DNA of 59,599 nt from Aquifex aeolicus (lineage in GTDB: Bacteria > Aquificota > Aquificia > Aquificales > Aquificaceae). Location: the NCBI GenBank assembly GCA_015662815.1, contig DQTK01000016.1:1-59599 (forward strand), in the 5' to 3' direction. The notes beneath the pieces are model-generated. The model saw only the letters and a program-made list of their open reading frames with translations. It had not been told where the DNA came from and did no database searches. Below, in pieces: positions 23,329 to 32,813 of the stretch (positions are counted from its first letter, which is position 1; every line of letters begins with the position of its first letter). The translations under genes were made by a program, and so were the position numbers.

Positions 23329-24072
23329 ATGAGAATTAAAGTCTACTTAGAAGTTCCTAAAGAAGTATCAATATTCTACAGACGATCTTTCCTTTCCTTT
23401 ATAAAAAAGGTCCTAGACCGAGAGGATTCAGATTATTGTAGTAAACTGTTTATGAAGGATAAATTTAAACCCTTTACCTTCTGTGTCTTTTTCGGAAATA
23501 TAAAAGTCGATGGTGAAAAAATTTTTAACAATGGAAGAGCGATTCTGACCGTTTCCTCGGGAAGTCCTGATTTTTTTATTCGTTTTTACAAAGGCATTAA
23601 GAGTTTCAGAGAATATAAAGGAAGGTATATAAACGGTTCAATGAAGATATTAAAAAGTGAAATGATAGAAGAAGAAGTTATATCTTCCGAGAGGCAAAAA
23701 TTCAGAACCCTTTCTCCGATAGTGGTAATTAATAAAGATAAGCATCCGGTTCTTCCCGAAAGGTTAAAAGCGAATGACGATGCCTTTATAGTCTACGATG
23801 ATGGTGTTTTTACCAATGAACTTAGATTTTCCCTAAGATGTATATTCAACGGTCTTCCGGATTTAAAGTTTTCCCATCAAGATGGAAAAAAAGCGGTTGT
23901 AAAACATCTTGTCGGATATAGCGATTCGGAAAAAGTCATAAAAATAGTAGCCTATCAGGGAACTTTTACTTTGGAAGGAGACCCCTACGTATTGAATGAA
24001 ATCTACAAATACGGTATAGGTTTCAGAAGGTATCAAGGGTTTGGATGTCTGGAATTGGTGAAGGAGAACTAA
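23329..24072 (+). CDS. cas6: CRISPR-associated endoribonuclease Cas6 (orphan)
   Basis: MRIKV start, KPFTF, TLSPIVV and the C-terminal Gly-rich loop YGIGFRRYQGFG (GhGxxxxxGhG). Confidence 0.88.
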   Translation: MRIKVYLEVPKEVSIFYRRSFLSFIKKVLDREDSDYCSKLFMKDKFKPFTFCVFFGNIKVDGEKIFNNGRAILTVSSGSPDFFIRFYKGIKSFREYKGRYINGSMKILKSEMIEEEVISSERQKFRTLSPIVVINKDKHPVLPERLKANDDAFIVYDDGVFTNELRFSLRCIFNGLPDLKFSHQDGKKAVVKHLVGYSDSEKVIKIVAYQGTFTLEGDPYVLNEIYKYGIGFRRYQGFGCLELVKEN

Positions 24073-24707
24073 TAAATCTATATAAAAAATTATTTGAATT
24101 CTACGGTAAGCAGAACTGGTGGCCTGTAGACTATGAATATCACACCCTTTATAAAACTGATCCGAGAGAAGAAATAATAATAGGAGCTATCCTGACCCAG
24201 AATATAAGCTGGAGAAATGTAGAAAAAGCTCTTGAGAATTTGAAAAAGGCTAAAGCCTTAAGTTTTGAAGGTATAGGGAAAATTCCCCTAGATAAACTTA
24301 AAGAGCTTATAAAATCTTCAGGCTTCTATAAACAAAAAGCTGTTTATTTAAAAAACTTTGTAGAAATTTTCAGAAGTATAGATGATTTAAAAAACATTTC
24401 GAGAGAAGAACTTTTAAAGGTAAAAGGTATCGGCAGGGAAACAGCAGATGTTATTTTACTCTATGCACTGGACAGATTATCTTTCGTGGTAGATACCTAT
24501 ACAAAAAGATTACTGATAAGGCTGTGGAATATAGAAGGTTCTTACGAAGAAATTAAGAAACTATTTGAGGAAAATCTTCCGAAAGATTTAGAAATTTACA
24601 AGGAGTTTCACGCTCTTATAGATGTTCATTGTAAAAAATTTTGTAGGAAAAAACCTGTTTGTAAAGATTGTCCTATTGCTGACATTTGTAGCTTTTACTC
24701 AAGATAA
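24045..24707 (+). CDS. HhH-GPD DNA glycosylase (EndoIII-related, MpgII-like) with a 4Fe-4S motif
   Basis: QNWWP, GAILTQN, HhH LLKVKGIGRETAD (Glu in place of the lyase Lys), VVDTY and C-x6-C-x2-C-x5-C. Confidence 0.85.
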   Translation: MSGIGEGELINLYKKLFEFYGKQNWWPVDYEYHTLYKTDPREEIIIGAILTQNISWRNVEKALENLKKAKALSFEGIGKIPLDKLKELIKSSGFYKQKAVYLKNFVEIFRSIDDLKNISREELLKVKGIGRETADVILLYALDRLSFVVDTYTKRLLIRLWNIEGSYEEIKKLFEENLPKDLEIYKEFHALIDVHCKKFCRKKPVCKDCPIADICSFYSR

Positions 24708-25571
24708 ACCTATTTCTTTCTCTATTTCCTTAATCCTCCTTTTATATTCTTCATATGAAATTTTTCCGTTTATAAGAAGAATGGGGAGCTTATTTATTTC
24801 CATCTCTAGGTTTTTCAGCTTTTTTAAATCTTTTCCTTTTACAAATACCGTATAAAGTTCAAAAAAGTTAACTTCAAAGGGATTTAAAAGTTTTCGGAGA
24901 TTTGGGAAATTTCTACTCTCCAGAGTTTCCTTTACCTGCTCCATAAATTTAAGTACCTCATAGATATTTTGGGTTTTTCTCTTTGCCTTTATTAACGCGG
25001 TGGATTTTCCTTCTTCCCTACAAAGGAGCGTATACTCGTCTCCTTCGGTATAAACTTCGAGAAGTAGAAGATATCCGTTTACTTTTATTTTTTCTTGAAA
25101 GAGTTTTTCTCCGGTGTATGGAAGTTCTGCCTTTTTCCTTTCTAAGTATTCTTTGAAAGAGATGCCACCAAAGACAGCTATTATCTCCCTACCGTATTCG
25201 TTGGCTAAATTGCCTATATTCAAAACCAAGAATTTTAAGAGTTCCCTCGATAAATCCTGATACCTTACCTTTATGCCCAGAATGATATCCATAAATCCCT
25301 TTTCAAACTCGGTAAAAAAAGAAGCCATCTTAATATTCGCATTTTCTGCTAAGAGGAATTTCATTAAATCCTTAGTAGGTTTTACGTTTAAGGCAACAGG
25401 TGAATTAACATCTAAATATATTTCATCTTCCTCAAAAGCCCTTACATTTATTACGGTAAAACCCCAAGGTATCAGGAAATTATTATCTTCTCTATAGACT
25501 CTTATCCTTCCAAATATATCTTCAAGGTAAATTTCTATTACAGAGCAAACCCTTTCTAGCTTTTCTTTCAT
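24699..25571 (-). CDS. YbjN/T3SS-chaperone-like domain protein with a C-terminal extension
   Basis: N-terminal SPVA...LMKFLL.EN...IIL...ANEY...FGG pattern; SHOCT-like C-terminus (LINGKISYEEY). Confidence 0.5.
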   Translation of the reverse strand: MKEKLERVCSVIEIYLEDIFGRIRVYREDNNFLIPWGFTVINVRAFEEDEIYLDVNSPVALNVKPTKDLMKFLLAENANIKMASFFTEFEKGFMDIILGIKVRYQDLSRELLKFLVLNIGNLANEYGREIIAVFGGISFKEYLERKKAELPYTGEKLFQEKIKVNGYLLLLEVYTEGDEYTLLCREEGKSTALIKAKRKTQNIYEVLKFMEQVKETLESRNFPNLRKLLNPFEVNFFELYTVFVKGKDLKKLKNLEMEINKLPILLINGKISYEEYKRRIKEIEKEIGLS

Positions 25572-25611
25572 CGATATTGAGATATTCTATCAACTTTATG
25601 AGAATATTAGT

Positions 25612-26973
25612 ATGTGGGATTTAGACCCTAAGGTGTTGGAAAAGTGGGATAAAGAGTATTTTTGGCATCCTTTTACTCAGATGAAAGTTTATCAAGAGGA
25701 AGAAAATTTAATATTTGAGAGAGGAGAAGGTGTATACCTTTGGGATATATACGGCAAAAAATATATAGATGCTATATCATCTCTGTGGTGTAATGTTCAC
25801 GGTCACAATCATCCAAAACTCAACAGTGCAATAATGAAACAGCTCTGCAAGGTAGCTCATACGACTACGTTGGGGAGTTCCAATGTTCCCGCTATCCTTT
25901 TGGCTAAAAAGCTTGTTGAGATAGCTCCGGATGGATTGACAAAGATTTTTTACTCTGAGGATGGGGCTGAAGCTGTAGAGATAGCAATCAAGATGGCTTA
26001 TCACTACTGGAGGAATAAGGGAATTGAGGGAAAAAACGTTTTTATAACTTTATCCGAAGCCTATCACGGTGATACCGTAGGAGCTGTAAGTGTAGGCGGT
26101 ATAGAGCTATTCCACGGCACCTACAGGGACTTACTTTTTAAAACTATAAAGCTCCCTTCCCCTTACCTTTACTGCAAGGATGTACACGGAAACCTTTCTT
26201 CCGAATGTACAGCCGACCTTCTTATGAAGCTGGAGGAAATTCTGAAATCCAGAGACGATATAGTTGCCATTGTTCTTGAGTCCGGAATACAGGCGGCTGC
26301 CGGAATGTTACCTTTCCCGAAAGGCTTTTTAAAGGGAGTAAGAGAACTTACGAAAAAGTATGGAGTTCTCATGATAGTAGACGAAGTAGCTACCGGTTTC
26401 GGAAGAACAGGAACTATGTTTTACTGCGAGCAGGAGGGAGTTACTCCAGACTTCATGTGCTTAGGCAAAGGAATAACAGGAGGGTATTTACCATTAGCTG
26501 CAACTCTTACCACCGATAAAGTATTTGAAGCTTTTTTAGGAGAATTCGGAGAAGCTAAACACTTTTATCACGGCCATACTTACACCGGAAATAACCTTGC
26601 TTGTTCTGTGGCTCTTGCAAATTTGGAAATATTCGAAGAGGAAAAAACTTTAGAAAAATTACAACCCAAAATAAAGCTTTTGAGTCAAAGACTTGAAGAG
26701 TTTTGGGAACTGAAACATGTAGGAGATGTAAGACAACTTGGTTTCATGGCCGGAATAGAACTTGTAAAGGACAAGGGAAAAAAAGAACCATTTCCTTATG
26801 GTGAAAGAACAGGGTTTAAGGTGGCTTATAAGTGCAGGGAAAAGGGGGTATTTCTAAGACCTCTGGGAGATGTTATGGTACTTATGATGCCTTTAGTGAT
26901 AGAAGAAGAAGAAATTAACTACGTTATAGATACACTAAAGTGGGCGATAACTGAACTTGAAAAAGAGGTATAG
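25612..26973 (+). CDS. bioA: Adenosylmethionine-8-amino-7-oxononanoate aminotransferase
   Basis: WHPFTQM, SSLWCNVHG, YHGDT, DEVATGFGRTG, GKGITGG and HGHTY motifs. Confidence 0.95.
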   Translation: MWDLDPKVLEKWDKEYFWHPFTQMKVYQEEENLIFERGEGVYLWDIYGKKYIDAISSLWCNVHGHNHPKLNSAIMKQLCKVAHTTTLGSSNVPAILLAKKLVEIAPDGLTKIFYSEDGAEAVEIAIKMAYHYWRNKGIEGKNVFITLSEAYHGDTVGAVSVGGIELFHGTYRDLLFKTIKLPSPYLYCKDVHGNLSSECTADLLMKLEEILKSRDDIVAIVLESGIQAAAGMLPFPKGFLKGVRELTKKYGVLMIVDEVATGFGRTGTMFYCEQEGVTPDFMCLGKGITGGYLPLAATLTTDKVFEAFLGEFGEAKHFYHGHTYTGNNLACSVALANLEIFEEEKTLEKLQPKIKLLSQRLEEFWELKHVGDVRQLGFMAGIELVKDKGKKEPFPYGERTGFKVAYKCREKGVFLRPLGDVMVLMMPLVIEEEEINYVIDTLKWAITELEKEV

Positions 26974-26976
26974 ATT

Positions 26977-27882
26977 ATGGGAAAGAAAAAGGATTTGAAA
27001 AGGGCAATAGTTATAGACAGAGAAGCCCAAATGATAGAGGTGTATACCCTTAACAATAAAGAAGCTTACAGAGGTATTCCGAGGGGGAAGGTTTTGAAAA
27101 AAACTAAAATTTACGCCGGAGATTACGTATGGGGAGAGGTTGTAGATAAAAACACTTTTGCAATAGAAGAGGTTGAAGAAAGAAAGAACCTTCTAATTAG
27201 ACCAAGGGTTGCCAATGTGGATAGAATTATAGTCGTTCAAACTTTGAAAGTGCCTGAATTTAATAATTACCTTCTGGATAATCTTCTCGTGGTATACGAG
27301 TATTTTGGAATTGAACCTGTAATAGTTTTTAACAAGGTAGATATATTGGACGAAGAAGAAAGAAAGGAACTCGATTATTGGGTAAATATCTATCAAAATG
27401 CGGGATATGACGTTTTAAAGGTAAGTGCAAAACTTTCTGAAGGGATAGACAACTTAGTAAATTATCTTGAAGGTTTTATCTGTATACTTGCAGGTCCGTC
27501 GGGTGTGGGTAAAAGTTCTATACTCTCAAAACTCACAGGCACTCAGCTAAAAACCCAAGAAGTGAGTGAAAGGACGGAAAGAGGAAGACATACCACTACT
27601 GGTGTAAGGTTAATTCCTTTCGGTAAGGGTTCTTTTGTCGGGGACACACCCGGATTTTCAAAGGTTGAAGCTACGATGTTTATGAAATGGAGAGAAATAA
27701 GAAAATATTTCAGGGAATTTTTAGCGTACCAATGCAAGTATCCCGATTGTACTCATACTAATGAGCCAGAATGTGCCGTAAAAGAAGCTGTAAAGGAAAG
27801 AAAAATTTCCTGTGAAAGGTATAAGAGTTATCTGAAAATGATAAAAGTTTACTTAGAGGATATAAAGGAGTTGTGCAAATAG
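26977..27882 (+). CDS. rsgA: Ribosome small subunit-dependent GTPase A
   Basis: Permuted GTPase NKVD, GPSGVGKSS, GRHTTT, DTPG; Zn finger CKYPDCTHTNEPEC. Confidence 0.96.
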   Translation: MGKKKDLKRAIVIDREAQMIEVYTLNNKEAYRGIPRGKVLKKTKIYAGDYVWGEVVDKNTFAIEEVEERKNLLIRPRVANVDRIIVVQTLKVPEFNNYLLDNLLVVYEYFGIEPVIVFNKVDILDEEERKELDYWVNIYQNAGYDVLKVSAKLSEGIDNLVNYLEGFICILAGPSGVGKSSILSKLTGTQLKTQEVSERTERGRHTTTGVRLIPFGKGSFVGDTPGFSKVEATMFMKWREIRKYFREFLAYQCKYPDCTHTNEPECAVKEAVKERKISCERYKSYLKMIKVYLEDIKELCK

Positions 27883-27913
27883 GTATATGAAATAACAAAA
27901 TAATTATATTATC

Positions 27914-28195
27914 TTGGAGATTACTGAAAGGGACATTAAGGCTTTATAAGAAACCAGTTTGCAAGACCTTATATTGGCAACAATAAAGGCGGGACTTGAG
28001 TGGAGGGGTGAAGGGTGGCAGTATGAGATTGAGGAGTTCTCTGAGAAACTTCACAGACTTGCAAAGGAGGGGTATAAAAATCTAAATACCAAGCTCGCGA
28101 AAAGATACATTCAGTCTCTTGAAAACCTAAAGAAGTGGAAAGAAATGTAAAAGATTTAGAAGGAGCAATAAAGGAAGTGGCGGAATTGCATATAT
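27914..28195 (+). pseudogene. Gene fragment of unknown identity
   Basis: ORF 27959..28150 extends upstream through an in-frame TAA (LEITERDIKAL*ETSLQDL...) and downstream in a shifted frame (NVKDLEGAIKEVAELHIF); no SD or clear start. Confidence 0.4.
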
Positions 28196-29923
28196 TTACT
28201 TGGAACTTTTCTTCTCAGGTTTCAATTGAGGAAAGAGAATAACCTCTCTTATGGAATCGGTATTTGCAAGTATCATAACTAATCTGTCTATTCCTATTCC
28301 CTCTCCACCTGTGGGAGGCATTCCGTATTCTAAAGCTCTTATAAAATCTTCATCCATTTCCATTGCTTCTTCGTCTCCCCTTTGCTTTTCCTTAAGTTGC
28401 TCTTCAAACCTATCCCTTTGGTCTATGGGGTCATTGAGTTCGGTATAGGCATTTGCAACTTCATATCTTGCAACGAATAGCTCAAAACGTTCAACCAGAT
28501 CTGAATCCTCCCTGTGGGTTTTTGCCAGTGGGGAGAGAAGCTTTGGAAAATCTATAATAAAAGTCGGTTGAATTAGTTCTTCTTCCGCAACTCTTTCAAA
28601 GACCTTGTCAAGGAGTTTAGCGTGGGTCATTTTATCTACATCGGGAATATCCAGTTCCTTTGCTAATTTATGGAGTCCTTCTACATCTTTCAGGAAAAAG
28701 TCTTTATCTTTACCCGTTTTTTCCTTAAGGATATCAAAGTATTTAACCTTTCTAAAGGGAGGTGTGAAATCCAGTTCCCATTCTCCGTATTTGACCTTCA
28801 GCGTTCCAAGAGTCTTTTCAAGAAGATAGACAAACATATCTTCGGTGAACTTCATAAGGTCAAAGTAATCCCAATATGCTGCGTAGAACTCTACCATTGT
28901 AAATTCAGGATTATGGGTTCTGTCTACACTTTCGTTTCTGAAGTTCTTTCCTATTTCGTAGACTCTGGGAAAACCTCCTACTATAAGTCTTTTTAAGTAA
29001 AGCTCGGGAGCTATTCTCAAATAAAGCTCAGTTTCAAGGAAATTGTGATAGGTTACAAAAGGTTTAGCGTTTGCTCCGCTTGCTATCGGCTGGAGTATCG
29101 GGGTTTCAACTTCAATAAATCCGTGCATTTCAAAGAATTTCCTCATCTCCGTTATGAGTTTAGTTCTCAGCATAAAGATTCTTCTCGCCTCCGGGTTAGC
29201 TATTAGGTCTAGATATCTTTGCCTGTACCTTACTTCGACGTCTCTGAGACCGTGCCACTTTTCGGGAAGGGGATGGAGAGATTTAGAAAGTAGTTCAAAC
29301 TCTTCTACTTCAACGGTAAGCTCTCCAGTATTAGTTCTAAAGAGCTTACCTCTTACTCCGATAATATCTCCTACATCTACGTAATCGTTGAAAAATTTTA
29401 ACTTGTCTTCTCCTACTATATCTTTCTTTAGGTATATCTGTATTTTTCCCGTGAGGTCTTGGATATGACCGAATATAGCTTTTCCCATTGTCCTCATTGA
29501 TACAAGCCTTCCAGCGAGGGAAATGGGTCTAAAGTTTGGGTCGTGGTCAAATTGGTCTTTTATTTTCCTTATATCTTCTCCGCGTTCATTGGTCAGAACT
29601 GCATCAACTAAACTCAGTTTTCCTTCAACTCTCTTTAATAAACCTTCGAATGTATATTTTTCTTTTGGTTTTAGGTTTTCTTCTCTTGTGAAGACCAAAA
29701 TTTCTACTCCGTTTTCATCCGCTATCCTTACCATGAACCCGTTTTCGGTTCTGGAAACCCTTTTGGCTATTCCTGAGACTTTTACCTTATAGTTTTCGGG
29801 AGGTTCCTCCTCATACTGTTTTCTTATATTTCCTATAAAGTCTGAAATTTCGAATCTGTAGGGATAGGGGTTTATGCCTTTTTCCTTCAGCTGACGAAGC
29901 TTTTTTAGTCTTATTTCTTCCAT
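28196..29923 (-). CDS. lysS: Lysyl-tRNA synthetase class II with an extra OB-fold
   Basis: RYRQRYLDL, EVETP, RIAPELYLKRL, FRNE and GIGIDRL motifs. Start at 29923 (MEEIRL). Confidence 0.97.
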   Translation of the reverse strand: MEEIRLKKLRQLKEKGINPYPYRFEISDFIGNIRKQYEEEPPENYKVKVSGIAKRVSRTENGFMVRIADENGVEILVFTREENLKPKEKYTFEGLLKRVEGKLSLVDAVLTNERGEDIRKIKDQFDHDPNFRPISLAGRLVSMRTMGKAIFGHIQDLTGKIQIYLKKDIVGEDKLKFFNDYVDVGDIIGVRGKLFRTNTGELTVEVEEFELLSKSLHPLPEKWHGLRDVEVRYRQRYLDLIANPEARRIFMLRTKLITEMRKFFEMHGFIEVETPILQPIASGANAKPFVTYHNFLETELYLRIAPELYLKRLIVGGFPRVYEIGKNFRNESVDRTHNPEFTMVEFYAAYWDYFDLMKFTEDMFVYLLEKTLGTLKVKYGEWELDFTPPFRKVKYFDILKEKTGKDKDFFLKDVEGLHKLAKELDIPDVDKMTHAKLLDKVFERVAEEELIQPTFIIDFPKLLSPLAKTHREDSDLVERFELFVARYEVANAYTELNDPIDQRDRFEEQLKEKQRGDEEAMEMDEDFIRALEYGMPPTGGEGIGIDRLVMILANTDSIREVILFPQLKPEKKSSK

Positions 29924-29944
29924 AAACCAAATATTATAAAAAGA
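29924..29944. promoter_or_regulatory. 21-bp divergent promoter with overlapping -10 elements
   Basis: TATAAT on the - strand (29933-29938) is 9 nt before the lysS ATG; TATTAT on the + strand (29932-29937) is 7 nt before the ubiD-like ATG; neither side has an SD. Confidence 0.55.
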
Positions 29945-31405
29945 ATGGGATACAAATATAGAGATATACAGGAGTTTGTAAGAGATTTGGAATCTCAAGG
30001 AGAACTCGCCAGGATAAAAGAACCCCTCTCTCCTATACTGGAAATAACGGAAGTTACCGATAGAGTTTGTAAGATGCCGGGCGGAGGTAAAGCTCTTTTG
30101 TTTGAAAACCCGAAAGGGTATAACATCCCAGTTCTCACTAATCTATACGGTTCTGAAAATAGAATTAAGAGGGCATTAGGCCATGAAAACCTTGAGGATA
30201 TAGGGTGGAAATTATATAAGATACTTAGACCTGAAGTACCTAAGACCTTTTTGGAAAAGCTTAAGAAACTGCCAGAGTTAAAAAGGCTCAACGATGCTAT
30301 CCCGAAGCTGGTAAAGAAAGCTAAAGTCCATGAAGAAATAATAATGGGGAATGTAAATTTAGAAGATTTACCCATTTTAAAATGTTGGCCGAAAGACGGA
30401 GGGAGGTTTATTACTTTTGGCCAAGTAATAACCAAAGATCCGGAAAGCGGTATAAGAAATGTAGGCCTCTATAGACTCCAAATGCTGGATAAAGATAAGC
30501 TCGCTATGCACTGGCAAATTCATAAAGGTGGAAATCATCATTACTGGAAGGCAAAAAGGTTAGGGAAAAAGTTAGAAGTTGCCATAGCCATAGGTGGAGA
30601 ACCACCGCTTCCGTATGTGGCATCGGCACCACTTCCTCCCGAAGTAGATGAATATCTCTTCGCGGGAATAATAATGGAAAAACCAGTAGAACTTGTTAAA
30701 GGAATTACTGTTGACTTGGAGTATCCGGCGAACGCTGAAATCGTTATAGAAGGATACGTAGATCCGGAGGAGCCTCTGGTAGATGAAGGTCCTTTCGGAG
30801 ACCATACAGGTTTTTATACCCCTGTTGATAAATACCCTATGATGCACATTACGGCTATAGTTATGAGAAAAGACCCGATTTACCTCACTACAATAGTTGG
30901 AAGACCTCCTCAAGAGGACAAATACCTGGGTTGGGCAACGGAGAGGATATTTTTACCACTCATAAAGTTCAATCTTCCTGAGATAGTCGATTACCACCTT
31001 CCCGCAGAAGGATGTTTTCACAACTTCTGTTTTGTTTCTATAAAAAAATGCTATCCCGGGCACGCTTTCAAAGTAGCTTACGCGCTTTTAGGTCTCGGAC
31101 TTATGTCTCTGGAAAAACACATAGTTGTATTTGACGAATGGGTAAATGTTCAAGATTTAGGTGAAGTTCTTTGGGCGTGGGGTAATAACGTTGACCCTCA
31201 AAGGGATATTTTAATTTTGAAAGGTCCAATAGATGTTCTTGACCATTCTACAAACGAAGTAGGTTTTGGTGGTAAAATAATTATCGACGCCACAACCAAG
31301 TGGAAAGAGGAAGGATATACAAGGGAGTGGCCTGAAGTAATTGAAATGTCTCCAGAAGTAAAAAAGAGGATTGATGAAATATGGAACAGACTGGGGATAG
31401 AATAA
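29945..31405 (+). CDS. ubiD: UbiD-family prFMN decarboxylase (menaquinone-pathway type)
   Basis: WPKDGGRFIT, NVGLYRLQ, EGPFGDHTG, GRPPQED and DATTK motifs. Confidence 0.9.
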   Translation: MGYKYRDIQEFVRDLESQGELARIKEPLSPILEITEVTDRVCKMPGGGKALLFENPKGYNIPVLTNLYGSENRIKRALGHENLEDIGWKLYKILRPEVPKTFLEKLKKLPELKRLNDAIPKLVKKAKVHEEIIMGNVNLEDLPILKCWPKDGGRFITFGQVITKDPESGIRNVGLYRLQMLDKDKLAMHWQIHKGGNHHYWKAKRLGKKLEVAIAIGGEPPLPYVASAPLPPEVDEYLFAGIIMEKPVELVKGITVDLEYPANAEIVIEGYVDPEEPLVDEGPFGDHTGFYTPVDKYPMMHITAIVMRKDPIYLTTIVGRPPQEDKYLGWATERIFLPLIKFNLPEIVDYHLPAEGCFHNFCFVSIKKCYPGHAFKVAYALLGLGLMSLEKHIVVFDEWVNVQDLGEVLWAWGNNVDPQRDILILKGPIDVLDHSTNEVGFGGKIIIDATTKWKEEGYTREWPEVIEMSPEVKKRIDEIWNRLGIE

Positions 31406-32076
31406 GTTATTCTTATCGTTCTATCAAGGAAATCCCCAAAGAACTTAGACCGAGGGAAAAACTAAAAGAACTGGGTCCTCAGTATCTATCGGATGAGGAG
31501 CTTTTGGCAATTATCTTAGGTTCCGGAACAAGAGGGCAGGATGTCTTAAAAATAGCCAAGGAGCTTGTGAATATGGGCTGGGATAAGCTTGAAAAGTTAA
31601 GTATTGAGGAGTTATTGAACATTAAAGGACTTGGACTGGTAAAGACTCTCCAGATTAAAGCTCTAATTGAGATTTCCAAAAGAATTAGTAAAGGAAAAAG
31701 GGGAATATTTGTAAGGAATCCCAAAGAAGCACTTGAATTTTTAAAAGATAAATTTAGCGAAAGAAAAGAAAGTCTTATAGCTCTATACCTTGACTTGAGT
31801 AATAGACTGGTTGATTACGAAGTTGTTGCCGTAGGAAATGCGAACACGGTAATCTCTGAGCCCAAAGATATACTTTTCAAAGCCGTTAAGCTCTCCGCTA
31901 ACGGAATAATAGTTGCCCATAATCATCCACAGGGACAGCCGTATCCTTCCAACGATGATGTGAACTTTACAGAAAGATTAAAGAAAGCCTGTCAGCTTTT
32001 GGGTTTTGACCTCTTAGATCATATAATAGTTTCAGAGGAAGGGTACTACTCCTTCAGAGAGGAAGGCTTACTGTGA
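31381..32076 (+). CDS. radC: RadC/JAB domain protein
   Basis: RPREKL, LSDEELLAI and HNHPQG...PS..D...LLDHII motifs. Confidence 0.93.
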   Translation: MEQTGDRISYSYRSIKEIPKELRPREKLKELGPQYLSDEELLAIILGSGTRGQDVLKIAKELVNMGWDKLEKLSIEELLNIKGLGLVKTLQIKALIEISKRISKGKRGIFVRNPKEALEFLKDKFSERKESLIALYLDLSNRLVDYEVVAVGNANTVISEPKDILFKAVKLSANGIIVAHNHPQGQPYPSNDDVNFTERLKKACQLLGFDLLDHIIVSEEGYYSFREEGLL

Positions 32077-32813
32077 AACTTTTATTAATCTTTATATTCC
32101 TTCTGAATTTCAGCTTCGCAGATGTTTTGAGAATAGCTGCGGCTTCGAGTTTTCGTTTTGCACTTTCAGAAATAGTTAAGGAGTTTGAAAAGAGATACAA
32201 GCACAAAGTCTTAGTATCTTACGGTGCTTCCGGACATTTTTATATTCAGATAAAAAACGGAGCACCCTACGATGTTTTTATCTCCGCCAATGAGATTTAT
32301 CCAAAAAAGCTAATTACCGAAGGGAAAGCTTTAAAAAGCTCTTACACGATATTTTCTATGGGAAAACTTGTTATATTTACACTTAAGGATATAAAGCTGA
32401 AGAATTATAAAATTTTACTCTCATCAGAAGTTGAAAGAATCGCTATTGCAAATCCTAAACACGCTCCCTACGGGAAAGCAGCCGTAGAGTTTTTGAAAAA
32501 AACAGGAATATACGGAGAAGTTTTACCAAAACTCGTTTACGGTTCGAACGTTTCCCAAGCTTTCCAGTACGTAGTTAGCGGGGGCGCGGATATAGGTATA
32601 GTTGCCCTTTCCCTTGTCATTCCTTATGGTAAAGGCAATTACATAGCGGTTGATAAGAGTCTCTATCCGGAGATAAAAAATATTGCGATAATAACTCTAA
32701 AGGGTAAAGAGAAGAAAGCTTCCAAACAATTTATAGAATTCTTAAAAAGTAAGTTTGCGGTGGATATTCTAAAAAAATATGGATTCGAAATCCCTTCAAA
32801 CTTTCATAACTAA
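32073..32813 (+). CDS. modA: Molybdate ABC transporter substrate-binding protein
   Basis: AAASS, GASG...QI.NGAPYDVFISA, ANPKHAPYG and NVSQ motifs. Confidence 0.93.
   Translation: MKLLLIFIFLLNFSFADVLRIAAASSFRFALSEIVKEFEKRYKHKVLVSYGASGHFYIQIKNGAPYDVFISANEIYPKKLITEGKALKSSYTIFSMGKLVIFTLKDIKLKNYKILLSSEVERIAIANPKHAPYGKAAVEFLKKTGIYGEVLPKLVYGSNVSQAFQYVVSGGADIGIVALSLVIPYGKGNYIAVDKSLYPEIKNIAIITLKGKEKKASKQFIEFLKSKFAVDILKKYGFEIPSNFHN

Noticed and set aside
21409-25611. CRISPR array or leader near cas6
   Set aside because: The region is almost fully coding, and I saw no regularly spaced direct repeats here or in any intergenic gap.
29924-29998. N-terminal extension of LysS in the ORF track
   Set aside because: It overlaps the divergent ubiD-like gene; ATG 29923 fits the family start and has a -10 element.
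31381-32076. RadC as a marker of a mobile element
   Set aside because: It is the full-length chromosomal type among housekeeping genes, with no integrase, att site or compositional shift seen.
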